Shown here: in pieces, positions 12,736-26,399 of the stretch
Numbering within the stretch: the first letter of the stretch is position 1
How the letters are laid out: every line of letters begins with the position of its first letter
NCBI RefSeq assembly: GCF_018350175.1
Contig: NC_058368.1
Location: forward strand, 196,542,001 to 196,606,000
Reading direction: 5' to 3'
DNA length: 64,000 nucleotides
From: Felis catus
Taxonomy: Eukaryota
Made by a program: the position numbers and the translations under genes
Notes under the pieces: model-generated
Seen by the model: only the letters and a program-made list of their open reading frames with translations
Told to the model about the DNA's origin: nothing
Database searches by the model: none

Positions 12736-15700
12736 ATAAAATAAGTCCATTAAAGCTGCAGTTAAAAATCCTTTCTGGCTAAGTCTGCTTGTCTATTTGC
12801 CAACTAAAAAACCTTCAGTTAGAAATTTTGCCGTCGGTGTTTTGTTTATATTGGATTAGATTATACTAATTACATTGTAAGTATTTGGCCTTTTTAAGAG
12901 CTATAATTCAAGTCCAAAAAAGGTACAATGCTCCAGTGCAGACTTGCAAAGATCGTATCTCCAATGAACGCATTTGGTGTCCTTCATTATTCTAGTTTTC
13001 ATAATTCAGTATCTCCTTATCTTATGTCATTAAGAGAAAAATAAAACTCATATCAAAAAAATTCACTATTTAGTATATTGCTTATTTAACTTTCCCAACT
13101 GTATTTAATATGTTCACTTGAAAATTTTAGGTGCAAAACACTTTTCAAAAATAGTCCTTGTCAGGATAAAAATTACCTTATAAAAATAAATCTTCTCCTA
13201 CTCCCACATCTAAATTCTCCATCCCTAAAGTTACTAATGTTTGTTTTTTAAAAACTAAAATGTACCTTTAACTTACAATATTTCAATAGTGTTTTACTTT
13301 AATCATAGGCTATGATAACAAACCAGTAGGCTTATTATTTGAGCCTGTTCCATTATAATTTTCATTCTTGTTATTAGCACCTGATGATTCCAATCATGAT
13401 TATCTAATAAAATCTTAGTACAAAAGGAAAAAAAAAGCCAAATTAGTTCAAAGGCTAAAAGCTTTCTAGATCTGATTTCCTCTTCTTTGCAGTTTTTTAA
13501 ACCCAGCTTCAAATTAAGGCATCACTAAAACAGAGAAAGAAAACAGATGCAAAAAATGAAAAACATCAAAGAACAGAAAAACTAAACGAAGTCTAAATCC
13601 TATTCATGGGATTTTTGCCATGTCACTGGAATCATTCCCTGAATAGACCAGGAGTGTTCATGCCTCCTTGTTTGCCTCAGTTGCCGGTCTTCTGCTCAGA
13701 CCTCAGTCCAGGCTCAGCTTAGCCCCTCCATAAACCCCTCCAAGTGTCCTGGGTGTTATCCTAGGAGGGTTACCATTATAGCCCATCTACGAGATTTAGT
13801 ACCATAGTTCTAGTACTTGGTGCAGGACCCTAGACTCCAGCACGGATCCTCAGTAAGTACTGAGATATTATCTACATTGCTGAAAAAACAAAACAAAACC
13901 CTATAGCTCATCTGTAGCAATACACAAAGGAAAACAATCCTTAAGAACAATAACAAGCATCACAAAGCTCAAATTTATCACTGTAACTTCTAGACTAATT
14001 TAAGTTCCCAAGAAATTCATGGTGTTTTTCTCAGTTTCATATTAAGATCAGGGCTAAAAGCCAGACAATGCATTCTTCAGTGACCCACTGCTAAGAAAAA
14101 TCCCCTTACAGAGAATTGTTGTTCTGGTTAAAACATTTTCATTAGCATTAGACTAGTCTAATGAACTCATCTAACTTCTTGATACATGTTTAAAGATTAC
14201 CATGTACCATACTGTAAATTTACCAACAAATTTTGGCTTCAATGACTACTACTGTTTGAAAGCTAAGTCAGACTATCAAAATTTGTTTTCCTTTGGTCCT
14301 ATTAAACAAAACTTGTCAACTAGACATCTGTCACTTCTACCACCATCAGAGGCTATAGCCACTCAGTCTAGTGCTCCGGAGCAGGTCCACTGGGCCTTTG
14401 CCCCAGCCCCGGGGTACCACATGCTCCTCAGCTCTTTCTGCTTTGGTGAATCTACCCTCCCTTTCTCGTAACAGAACCCAGTTCCGACCTTGCTGTCAAA
14501 ACTAAGGTGTGGCTCCTAATCCTGATCTCCCAAAGTCAGGACCAACCAGGGATTGGACTCCATTCAACTGAGTCCCTCTCCTTTCTCCCCCATTTGGTCA
14601 GAGATAGTCTTTTTTCGATGGTGTATTCCCTTCACTCCTCTTGAGAGTTACCCTCACTCTTTCTGTTTTTGGCATACTCCCCCCTTCCAGTTTTTACCAT
14701 CAAGAATGTACACATTACGTTTCAATTAAATGACCATTTTAAGATATTTAGAATTTTATACATTTGTCAATAAGCAATGAGAAAACACTTCATTTAGACT
14801 CTAAAGTTTAAGGTATGCAAGATATTTTTGTATCAATAAAGTATGTAAAGTATCAGTTATTGAACTCAAGGTCTAAGCCCTTGAGCAAGAAAGAAAATGA
14901 AAACAATAGTTTTGTTGGTGAACTAGATTTTGGTTTCGGATTTGATTTTTTTAAACACTAGCCATCAACAATGTGTAAGTATAGGTGGACCTCAACCAAA
15001 GCAGAGGATAGAACTATAAATTCTAGTGAAATCTTAAGTGTTTTTGTAAGTAGCTACCAAAAGCAGAATCTGTGTTTGTTTGTTTGTTTGTTTGTTTGGG
15101 TAGGAGAGGAACAAACCAGAACACAATTCGAGAATTTGCTAATTGCATACAGCTCCATTAATTGTTTATATCCACATGTGGACAGAAATGCCAGGTAAAA
15201 ATCAGACCCTGTTACTCCTAAGGGATTCTCCAAATTCTGTGGACACTTTTCTTTGCTGTGCTAGTGTTTGCTAAATTACAGACAGGGTCATCTTGAACAT
15301 GTACTTATTTACTCTCTCACATGACATTAGACATCTATAATGGTCGGGATTCAAACCTGCCTTGTGGGAGGGAGAACAGGGATTAAAAACAAATAACCAA
15401 CCAAGACACTGGAATTTTACTATTTCTATCCCTAAAACTGGGTAGAAAGGGCAAATATTGGCTGAAAGCAAACCAAAAAACCCCACGAATACAAAAGGTA
15501 GTTAACATTTCTGAAATTCTAGACTTAAGTTCTAAAAGGATGTCAAAATTTAGTACTATTATATTTAATCATGAAATCAATCACCTCAAAGACAGAAATC
15601 CAACTTTTTTACTGAGAAACTGCTTTGTTTTAACAACTGAAAGGCATTTTCCATGTAAATAGATGGACAGAGCTCCACCAATAGAAAAGCAATACTTGAA

Positions 15701-17417
15701 ATTTATGGAGCCCAAAAGAAAGCTAAATATGTTTTAAAGTGTCCCATTCTAATAGATGCCCTACCCATGGGGTTTGGGTCTCACATTTAAATTGTTTAGA
15801 ATGTAGTGCAGGTTAAAAAATGATTTGCGTTTTTGCAATTATTTTTCTTGCTTTAAATACTGTAGCTAAATGTTTTAACATCCTCTACATTAGTTTCCTC
15901 GTCCTAACTTTAGAAAACCAGTATTTTTCCTTGTCTATCAAGGTCCACATACAGGACAATAAGCTTTCAATGCCAGACATTCTTGCTTTTCAAAAGGAAC
16001 TATTCCTGGAGCCACAACCTGTGGCCAGCTGTCATAAATAATATACCCACAGAATTTGGGATGTTTCTAAATCCTCTTGCATAACAGCTTTAGGTGGCCC
16101 AAAGAGTTAAAAGCTGTCACTGTCATCTATATTTACTGGACATCAATAGGGTGCCTGACAGTAAGCATTAGCTTTGTTTTCACTAAAACATCCACCAATT
16201 AATTATTGATGTTCTTCTGGAAGCACGCTATCACTTCCATGCATTCTTTTCCATTGGTTACAATAAAATATTCTTGCAGAGTAAAGATGAACAGTACCTC
16301 CTACTTGAGAAAGACTGTCAATCCGCAGTGGACCCTCACTAAAATGCCAAGGGAAGGGGAAAAAAATTCACTGCTAAGTATACAAATTCTTAAGGGAAAC
16401 TGTCAATCATTCCTTTTTGCAATCCATCCAACAGTTTGCCTCGAGCTCATTAAAAATGCCGTCTAGACTTGTGGAGTTGGCATTCTGCCTTCCACCTGGC
16501 AAGCTAGTTGCTGGTAATCCACAACAGTGTAAGACAGATTCCATGGGAAACAATGGATGAATGAAAGCTACACCAGAGCTTAATGGTAGAGAAATACTCG
16601 GAAACAGGGATTGATTGAGGTCACAGAAAAGACAGGGCAGATTCCCATTATTTTGGCTGATTATGAGCAAGAGCCCTTTGCTTATCTACTTATCCTAAAC
16701 AAAAAGGCATGAATCAAAACATCAAGTGTATTGCAGAGAATGCTGTAAGTAATATGAGGCTGGCTGGTAGGATTTCACAAGCCTGCCCAGCCATCCAGCT
16801 CCTAATAAGATAGTGCCCGTGGTTCCTTGCCTTAAGGCAAGGAATGGCGCTCTCGTATTAAAAGCCAGAGATCTTACTGCTGTCTAGGGAGTAAAGACTG
16901 GGAATGGAGAAACACAAGTAAGAACGAACCTGGTGCTCCAGAAGTCTCCCGACCTGCTGGTGTAAGAGCAGGCACAACACTGTTTCCCTGCCTCCTTTCG
17001 ACTCCCTCTCCAAAGAGCCATTATCAAGCAGGCTCCAGCACCTCTCAGAATGTCAACGACAGCTTTACTTCCTGGAGAAGGAAGAATCCAAATGCGAATC
17101 TTCTAAAACACACGATGGTAAAGTTTGGGGGTCACTTTACAGTTCAATTCAATAGACATTTAATTCCAAGAATACCACATATCTGCAAGAAAGCTTGAAA
17201 CCATGGTATTTTCTTCTTTTTGATTCTGGTTGACTATAAGCTCTACTCTGCTGCATATGTGTGGATATCTACAAAGGCCATCAGCTTCAAAGGAATAATA
17301 CCTAATCATCAGGTTAAAATTTCAAGTGTGCAACATTTTCTGCTGTGGAACTGGAAAGTGTTACAGACTTCAAACTAACCTACTGGCTAGACATAAGTAT
17401 TCTTTCCATCTACTTTC

Positions 17418-18938
17418 TCAATCAATGGAAGGACTTAGACCATTGGGAATACATACTCCTTTCTGATTCTGATATTCTTCTGCAAAAGCCATCGCTTCAT
17501 ACACACTATAAAAGAGAAGGTTTTCTTCTTCCTTTTTGCAATACTCTCCGCAGGCCAGGGAATCCCTCACAGAGGGATTGCACTGAGCCAGCAGAACCTG
17601 GATGCCAATGGCTTCATAATCTCTACGAACTTCTTTCAGGGTGTGGATCCCTGCTGTATCTAAAAACTGTATTGCACTGCAGTCAATTACTATGGTATGG
17701 AGATCCAAAGGATCATGGGAAAGTTGCAGTGAAACTTCATCCTGGATTCCACTGAAAATCACTGTCTCCTTTGTGATCTTTGTCTTGGCAGCCTTCTTCT
17801 GAGCTGCCTTTACTAAGACTGGGTTGAGAGTTTTTTTGTATAAAGCAGATTTAAAACATTCTTTGTTTATGTAGTAGAGAGGGGCTACAAAACGGAATAT
17901 CTTGACGCCTGGCTTTGTCTGAAGATTCTTATAAGCAGACATGGATTCAAAGATTTCGGACTCTTCCACCCAGCCAAGCAATGAAATCTTTGGCTTCTGT
18001 GTGCGGAGAATGACACAAAACATAGAAAAACAAACCCCAATAAGCAGGCCTATTTCAGTACTTATCAGTGCAGAGGACAGCATAGTGACAAACCAGATAA
18101 CTGTATCCATTCTGCTAACCTTCCACATTTTGGGTAGATCCTTAAATTTACGTAGGGCTCCCCGGAGATTTACAATAGTGATCACACCAAGGACACTTTT
18201 CTGAAGAGAATAGAATAAAGGAGCAATTACCAGGAGGACCAACAAAAGAACCAAAGCTGTCACCACAGCAGAAAGCTGAGTTTGGCAGCCTGTTGATTCT
18301 TTAACCAAAGTCTTCGCAAGAGCCGCGCTAGTAGTGAAGCAGTGGAAGAAGGAAGGGATGATATTGCAAAAGCCAATGGCATACATTTCCTGATTAGCTC
18401 TGACTGTGTAGCCATGTTTCTTGGCAAACATCTCAGAAAGTGATACAGTGATAGCAAAACCAATGATAGAAATAGCTATTGCGTCTACAGCCAAACTGGG
18501 AATTAAGTTCCAGTCCGGTGCTTTGGGTGGCATAAACCCCGTGGGAATATGTCCAGCAATACTGCTGTTGTATTTCTCGTGGAGTTTCCCAAAATGAGAA
18601 GCTAATGTGGCTGCCACGACGACAATGAGTTCGGTAGGAATTGGTGCCTTAAGCTTGGACTTGAAGTGCTCATTGAGTTCTTTGGTTGGCAAAAGAACCA
18701 AAAGGCACAAAAGGCTGGTGATGAGATCACAGATATTGGTCCTATGGATGTTTCTGAAGATATGTATCCAAGTAGTGATGAGCGAGCCCACACCATTACT
18801 CCGAGGAAGGCTGAGCCCAAGGAGGTACTTGGCCTGAGATGTAAGAATAGTGAAGGAGGCACCAGTGACAAATCCACTCAGCAAGGCATCTGAGAGGTAG
18901 ACAGAAACAAAGCCCACTTGAAAGAAGCCCATCGCTAC
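17418..18938 (-). CDS. SLC26A2: SLC26A2 sulfate/chloride exchanger (DTDST), exon 3 coding part (TM domain + STAS), 506 aa + stop
   Basis: Acceptor ccttccttccag|GTAGCG at 18939/18938. Translation [17 protein letters not shown]...NQEMYAIG...[19 protein letters not shown]. 1521 nt, phase 0. Confidence 0.97.
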   Translation of the reverse strand, partial: VAMGFFQVGFVSVYLSDALLSGFVTGASFTILTSQAKYLLGLSLPRSNGVGSLITTWIHIFRNIHRTNICDLITSLLCLLVLLPTKELNEHFKSKLKAPIPTELIVVVAATLASHFGKLHEKYNSSIAGHIPTGFMPPKAPDWNLIPSLAVDAIAISIIGFAITVSLSEMFAKKHGYTVRANQEMYAIGFCNIIPSFFHCFTTSAALAKTLVKESTGCQTQLSAVVTALVLLLVLLVIAPLFYSLQKSVLGVITIVNLRGALRKFKDLPKMWKVSRMDTVIWFVTMLSSALISTEIGLLIGVCFSMFCVILRTQKPKISLLGWVEESEIFESMSAYKNLQTKPGVKIFRFVAPLYYINKECFKSALYKKTLNPVLVKAAQKKAAKTKITKETVIFSGIQDEVSLQLSHDPLDLHTIVIDCSAIQFLDTAGIHTLKEVRRDYEAIGIQVLLAQCNPSVRDSLACGEYCKKEEENLLFYSVYEAMAFAEEYQNQKGVCIPNGLSPSID

Positions 18939-20420
18939 CTGGAAGGAAGGATATACAAGTGTTAAATATAAATGGAAAAGAGCTTCTACATCCTCGAATA
19001 TCCCGGCACTGCCTTGCATGGAGACATACATCAGAGCATCACAAAATGTCAGAGGTAGAAAAAAACACAATCATACATCAGCTCTCTCATTTTACGAAGA
19101 GAGGCTTCATTTTACTGACACTCAGAGGCTTAAGCAACTGGTCCAAAGTCCCACTGTTCCTCAGCCTGGATAAGACAAGAACTTAGGATTCCTACCTTCT
19201 TGTACAATGTCTCTGAAATGTGAATAAAGTTCAGACCTCAAGAAAACAATTTCCAAGGATCCACAAAAAATTACAAAAACTCAAATTGGAAAAATTCTTC
19301 TAATGACAAGGGCATGTATTTCCATTAAATTATAAATTGTTACCATAAAAGTTTTAATTAATAAAAAAATTTTGATTCACATCAAAATAGAATCACATTT
19401 AAATTATAGAACAGTCTTTAACCTCACGCTGAGAAACTATTCTCATTCGGTGTGTATGTGCTTATGCCAAACTGCTTCCCATATTAATTCTGCATCGTCA
19501 AAGATACAATATTTTTACTTCTTTATTTTTTTCCTCTTCCCAATAATTCCTCAGAATTTCCCTGAGCCCTTCCTCATTCTTGGTGAGACATAATAACAAA
19601 AAAGCAAAACTGGACCCTGAAGAGCACCACTCTGCACAGCAGCCCCTTCTCTTCCTCTTTCCCAGGCACCAAACTAAGTGAGCTACTCTTCCCTTTCCCA
19701 TATTGGAACCAGATGCCTATAATGGAGAAAAGGTTTAATGCTGGCATCGACTCCCAGATGCTAAAAGACAGGGGTGTGATGATAATGGTAGGTTTGCGGA
19801 TTCTATGGGAGACCCAAGGAGAATTTAATTTGTAATCCTTTCTTCTGGCTAATCATATGAAATAGTGGTTCTCAACTTGTTCCCTAGCAGTCCACAGAAA
19901 GTGCTGTCTTTAGTGAGAGTCACTTACTAGAGCAATGATTCTAAAGTGGGGTTGGTGGCGGGGGGGGGGGGGCATCTATGGTTTGAAACCTCCTGCACTC
20001 CTCCCTCTGCCAACCCTCATCCTGTTACCCTCCTCCTGCTTGTTAGTGCTGACTCTGCCAATAAGGAACCACACACAATCTCAAGAAAACCCAGTGTTTC
20101 TCAACATGTAAAATTAAGGAGTTGTACTAGGTGATCTGAGGTCCCTTTCTGGTCTACATTTTGCAACCAAATAATTACAATCTGGCTGACTGAAATTCAC
20201 TGGTTCAGAGGCAGCCTAAGGTTGAGGAAAGAGAAGCAGCCTTATCTTCCATGTGGAGTCAAACTATGGTCTGAATTTTGGCTCTATCCCTCACATATCC
20301 TAAGCATTCAGTAAATGACAGCTTTAACTACTATGATCTCTGAGATCCCTTACAGATCTGAGATTTCATGTATGGTGATTTCTTTTGGTAGAAGCAACCA
20401 CCCGTTCCATTGTTTCTTAC

Positions 20421-21125
20421 CTGATAAACTCCAGCCATAAAGGTCACAGTGCTGCCAACTGCAATTGCATAGCAGCTTCTGTCACATATCCAGTCTGATG
20501 TCTGGTTTACTAATGTGCTCCCATTTGAAACCATCCCTAAAGAAGGAGCAGTATGGGCAGTGTCATAGCCGGCTTTGTGTAGTTCTCGGTCAACTACCTC
20601 ACCAATCATAAGGCACAATATTCCAAAAATGCCCACAGAGATGTGACGGGAGGTACCCAATAGGAAATAAATGATGCTGGCAAAAAAAGAGGTGTACAGA
20701 CCATAGATAGGTTCTTGGCCAGCCAAGAGGGAATAAGCGATGGATTGGGGTACTAATAAGATGCCCACAATCAAGCCAGACATCACATCCCCTAAAATGT
20801 TTTTCTTCAGATCATACTTTGGGAGCCATCGCAAAACGGGAAGGAAACCAAAAATCACATTTTTGGCTTTGGTTGGACTGCACTGGCAAGTCCTCCGCAA
20901 TTTTTTAATGACAAATTTCTTGAAGTTAGTATTTGATTTCTCTTGAGGCTCCATATGGATCCTACGATAAGGTGTGCATTCATCATTGGCTTCAAACTGC
21001 TTGAAGTCGGTACTTGATTCATTTGCAGACTCCGGAGGGATGTTACACAGAGGGCCGTGTTGGTCATTTCCTTCAGATGAGTCAGTGAGTGACAGATCAT
21101 GTTGCTCTTTACTTTCCAAAGACAT
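20421..21125 (-). CDS. SLC26A2: SLC26A2 exon 2 coding part, 235 codons (exon begins at 21150 with 25 nt of 5'UTR)
   Basis: MSLESKEQ...[37 protein letters not shown]...GTSRHISVG (SLC26 signature). Acceptor tttctttggggcag at 21151, donor CAG|GTAAGA at 20421/20420. Joined to exon 3 gives 741 aa. Confidence 0.97.
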
Positions 21126-22529
21126 TTCTGGAGATAGATGCTTCAGCCTCCTGCCCCAAAGAAAAAACCGGGATTAACTGGTTAAGTAATTCTCAGTGCT
21201 CACACATTTTAACAGTCCTATTTGTCATCCATGAGAGTGAAGACGAGTTCAGTTCGAGGGTAGGTGTCTTATATTCACTTTCTTTAGTTAGTTGAGCCTC
21301 ATATGTCTTGATCAGGGAAAACAAAAACAAACACAAAATATAGACCAAAAATAGCCAAGTCAGAGCAAATAATTGATTGGGTATAGGACTTCCCCAAAGT
21401 AAAAACCATCAAGGATTCTTCCCCATCTCTGCCTGGCTTCCCCTGCAGTTTTTCCCTCCAGAAAAGGTATCAGGGTGGCCTGTCTCCTACTATCACTATC
21501 TTCTTTCCAGGTTTTTCACCCCCAGGTATACTGCAAAACAGGATCTAGTCTCAAAACTTTGCTGCTACCTGCAAGTCCCTGAAGCAAAGAAGATGGTCTT
21601 TTTTTTTTTCTTTTTGAACACACCATAAACTGTTTACCAGATACTTCACAAATCAGTGTCTTTGTGTTAGCTGTTTGCTTAGCTTAGAATGGCCATCAAC
21701 CTCTCTGCCCATCAAGATTCTAATCATTTTTATACCCAGTTAAACAACACTACCCTTTCTACAAAGCACCGACAAATCCCCTAGCCCAAGTGAATCACTA
21801 TACTTCTATATTCCATAGTATTTTTCACTTTCATTATAGTACTAATAATACTCTTGTGTTAGTTAAGTAAGAGTCTCTCCAGCTCTTGGAGGAAAGGATA
21901 TCTCGCTCATCATTGTAATCACCAACAGGTATATAGTAATTCCGAGATAGTAGGCTTACAAAATGTTTGAATGGATCAAAGAACAAATGAATACACACTT
22001 TATGACTGTGGCCAAACAGAGACAAAATATACTAGACAGAAGACTCAGAAAGTTTCCTGTTTCGGAACTGACAGAAAAATACACCCTTGCAAAGTAATCC
22101 ACATTAATTTTGTTTGGATGAAGGGGCTATAGCTGATCCTCCCAATGAACAAGAGTAAAATAATAGTTACTTGATGGTCTCATTAAGTAGAAAAAGAAGA
22201 AAAGAACAGATTTAGATCACAACTTACCCTGAGCAAGTCAATCAGATTGGTGGATACACACAGCAGGTCTTCATTCCTCAATGCAACTGGTCTGTAACTC
22301 TCTTCTTACTTCCTACTCAGGTCAACCTAGTTGGAGTACATTTCTTAGGTCCTTTTATTTTGGAACAGCTCTTGGTGATTCCTGGGTCAAAGGGCTTTTC
22401 CAAACCTAAGATATGCAAAAGAGGCATAAGAAAAAAAGCTAAGAAAATCCAAATCTTGCCCTACACGGCTGCTATCTGGGAAGGAAAAAGATAAAAATTA
22501 ATACTAGAAAGTACAAGAGTGATGGAAAC

Positions 22530-23850
22530 TATAAGAAATAATTGAAATGAAATACTAAAAGTGAAAAAACACAGTAATAGAGATGAAGAATGCCTCTGAC
22601 AGGATCATCAACAGACTCGACAGAGCCAAAGAAAGAATCCATGAAATTGAGGATAGGTCAATAGAAATTACCCAAATTTAAAAAGAAAGAGAAAAACAGA
22701 TTTTTTTTTTTTAAATCAGTAACAACAATGTAAGAGAACATCCAAGAGCTATGGAAGATAGTAAACAATCTAACTCATGTGTACTTGGAATCCCAAAAGG
22801 AGAGGACAAAGAATGGACAGAAGAAATATTTGAAGACATAATGGCCAAGAATTTTCCCAAATTAAAGACAGACACCAAAGTATAGATCCAAGAATCTCAG
22901 AGAATACCAAAAACGACAAATACAGAAAGAAAAACCAAACAAAATCCCACACCTACACGTATCACATTCAAGCTGCTGAAAACAAAGATAACAGCCTAAA
23001 AACGGCCAAATTAAAAACACACATTACATACAGAGGAATAAAGACAAAAGTTACAGTGGACTTATTAGAAACATCGGATGGTGACTGCGTAATACCTTTA
23101 TCACAGAAAAATAGCTGTCAACCCAGAATTCTATACCTAGAGAAAATATCTTTTAGAAGATGAAGGAGAAACAAAGACTTTCTCAAACACTAAGAATATC
23201 CAGCAGACCAGCACTACCATGTATACATATACCAGACAGAAACTAGGGCTACACAAAACACAACAAAGAAATAAAGTCAAGGAATGGAACAAATGAAAGT
23301 TAAGTCAAATCCATGTCTTAATTTAAAATATCTTAAACTGCTCTAAAAGGTAAACATCTAAGCAACGGTAGGAATGTATTTTGTTTATAGCATACGCAAA
23401 ATAAAATGTATAAAAATAGCACAAAAAATGGGTAATTGGGAATTGTAAAGTCTTAAACTAGATGAGAAGTGATTCATTATTATTTGAAGGTAGGCTCTGA
23501 TTAAAGATGTATTTGTAAGCCCAAGAGGAACCCCTAAATTTTTTGAAAGGCATAAACGGTAAGTTAATTGTGGAGATAACATGAGATCGTAAAAAATTCT
23601 CAATCCAAAAGAAAACAAAAAAAGAGGGGCGGAAAAAGAGACCAAAAGTAGATGGAACACACTTAAAATAGCTGGCAGGATGGTAGAGTTTAAAACAAAC
23701 ATAAAAATAATCACATCAAATGTGAATGCTCTAAACATGCCAATGAAAAGGTAGCCAAGTGTCAGATTAGATTAAAAATTAAGACCCAACTATATGCTAT
23801 CTATAAGAAACTCACTGTAAATATAGATAGATTATAAAAGTGAAAGGACT
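22530..23850 (+). mobile_element. Ancient L1M fragment (degenerate ORF1 and start of ORF2), antisense to SLC26A2
   Basis: A-rich; ORF1 phrases (atcaacagactcgacagagccaaagaaagaatc, tgtcaacccagaattctatac) and endonuclease start (aagacccaactatatgctatctataagaaactcac). Confidence 0.8.
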
Positions 23851-25251
23851 TTATTTAGCTTGTAACTGACTGAGTCAGCTAATAAAATCCAGATTTTAGG
23901 ACTCTAAGTATAGCTCTTTTTGAGCAAGGCACTATTCCTATCACCTATCTAATTAGCTTTCTCTAACCTCAGATAATTCCAAACACTTTAGAATTCAGCT
24001 GCTCTACACATCCCAGTTTCACCTACCTGCTACCCCAAATGACCTGGACTGATACCTACAAATGTGTACCCAACTCTCCTTTTACTATACTCTTGGCCGT
24101 GGCCCTTTTCCACCTCTAACTCTCAAAAACTTAGGTGTTCATTCACAAACAGTCCTAGAAGTAGAACTGATACAGCCATCAGTCTGAATCCAAAAGCCAC
24201 GTATAGTCTCCTTTATCTATTCTACTCACCTCCTAAAACTCTCAACACTATTTTTTTTCCTTTTTCACACAGATTTTAAAACACAAAGCAACATAAAACT
24301 ACATTAAAAATTATTTTACACTAAATGGTAGGTGTGACCTTCACACACAGTAAGCTCCTTGAGAGCAAGCTCCAGTCTAATTCATCTTTGTATCCCCCAA
24401 CACGTCCAGGTATATGCTTTCCAAAATAGGAGCTAAAATATTTGCTAAGCAAATAACTCAAGTACAGGAAAAGTAGAATGCAAAGCAATATTTATTTTCA
24501 AGTGGAAATATCTCCTTTGGAATATGTTTTTCATATACCCCTTTTCGCACAAAAATCCTCTCACTTCCTTAAGCCAGTTACTGCTTTCAGTTATAGTATT
24601 CATCAATTGCTTCATGGAAATTAAGACATGACAGTGTTTATCCTTGGAATAGAGCCTACAGCCAGACTTCCATTTTAAGGAGGCTGGAATACAAACTATA
24701 CTTTCCATGAAGTTCAATAAAACACAAGTCTACCGTATCATCTGGGCCAGCTTCTCCCTTTATTAACATTGATAATCGAGAGTGAGAAAAGGAAAGGTTC
24801 AAGAGGAAAATACTTGAACCTTCCACATTACCTGGCAGGAATCACAGGGGAAGAAAAAAACAAAACGTCTGAACAGTGCATTTACCTATGCATACATTAA
24901 AGTACAATGGTAGTTTGAGTAACACAAAAAGGAACGACATTTCTTCACTTTATTCTTAAGCTGCACACATGCAGCTGTGACACCTAGAAAGCGGTGTGAT
25001 CCAGGTGGCAGACAGGCAGCATTGACACAATTCCCGTGTGAATTACTGAGAGGCTAGAGCACTGGACTAGAAGAGAGGTTACATCCTTTCTGTATGAGCC
25101 TGATAGCAGTCAGCCAACTTCTTTTTGAAGATTTGGATAGAAGCAAACCAATTTCTGCTGTTGGTAATTACAGCACATACTTTTAACTAACAATGCATGT
25201 ATAACAGTTCTGTAATTTGTGAAACTGAAGTGCCTTTTCAGAGGACAATCT

Positions 25252-25458
25252 TTTTCTTTTTAATTTTTATTGTTTTTAATGCTTATTTTTGAGAGAGAGA
25301 GAGAGAAGCAGAGAGAGAAGGAGACACAGAATCTGAAGCAGGCTCCAGGTTCCAAGCTGTGAGCACAGAGCCCGACACAGGGCTCGAACCCACAAACCGT
25401 GAAATCATGACCTGAGCCGAAGTCGGACACTTCACCGACTGAGCCACCCAGGCGTCCC
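25252..25458 (-). mobile_element. Can-SINE
   Basis: Reverse SINEC body ending gagccacccaggcgtccc. Confidence 0.9.
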
Positions 25459-25519
25459 TTCTAAGCATCATAAGCTAACCACTGTGCTAGACACACTGCC
25501 TTAGAATCTAGACCCAAAA

Positions 25520-26120
25520 CCAAGGGGTCAATCTTTCTTTCCTCTAACCTACTAATCGTATATATCATCCGTCAGTAAGTCATGTCTGTGCTACCTCAAA
25601 TATGATATCCACCTGCTCCCTACTGTCCAAAGTACCTGAACCTAATCACTTTTCACTCCCCTCCACCATCACATCTTATCTGGGCTACTCTAATGGCCTA
25701 CAATACCTGAATCCTGCCTACCTCTCTACCCTCATTTCCTACTGGCCTTCTTGCTGTTCTGGAACACGCCAAGCTGATTCCCTTTCTAAGGTCTTTGCAC
25801 TTGCTCAAGTTCTCTTTGCCTGTAATAATCACTCCCAGATCTTTGCAGGCTTTTTCTCATCCTTCAGGGCTCAGCCGGTGTATCATCCCCTTAGAGAGAT
25901 ATTCCTTGGCCATTCCAAATAAAATAATACTCCACTCCATCATTCTCTAAATCCTTACCTGGCTTTATTTCTTCATAGCACTTTCACAGGGACTTTTGAA
26001 ATTATATAATGTATTTATACATAAAAAATACTATTATTTATAGTCTTTCTCGTATCCACAGTACCAAGAACAATACTTAGCACATAATAGATCAGTAAGT
26101 TCTTGCTACAATGAATAAGA
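25520..26120 (+). mobile_element. L2 fragments
   Basis: ggtctttgcacttgct, ctttatttcttcatagcact, cttagcacataatagatcagtaag 3' end. Confidence 0.6.
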
Positions 26121-26399
26121 AACCCAGTTTCTACCAACAATCAAAGGACTAAGACAATTATAAACAGATAAGCTATAACACTCTACGTGCCATTAACAGA
26201 GGTTTGGCGTATTCTGAGAGTGGAGGATGAGCTGTGGACCAATGTGAACAAGTTGTAAACAAGAAAGGAAAGGAAACTCAGGCAAGTAAAAGGTCACAGT
26301 TTAATCCAAGACCCAGGAAAAAGTCACCTAGAATGACATTCCTAGAATGTCACCTAGAATGCCAAGCTGCAGGAGGTTAAGACTAGAGTGAAAGACTGG

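Larger units (their letters stand above)
11890..17417 (-). other. SLC26A2: Long 3'UTR of SLC26A2
   Basis: AT-rich, repeat-poor stretch from the stop codon to the tandem AATAAA. The end point is inferred. Confidence 0.65.

Noticed and set aside
18939..19070. N-terminal 44 aa of the 550-aa ORF
   Set aside because: Intronic read-through upstream of the exon 3 acceptor.
24995..25015. CTCF-like TCCAGGTGGCAG (weaker ones near 30095 and 52092)
   Set aside because: Only partial matches; cannot be supported without a PWM scan or ChIP data.
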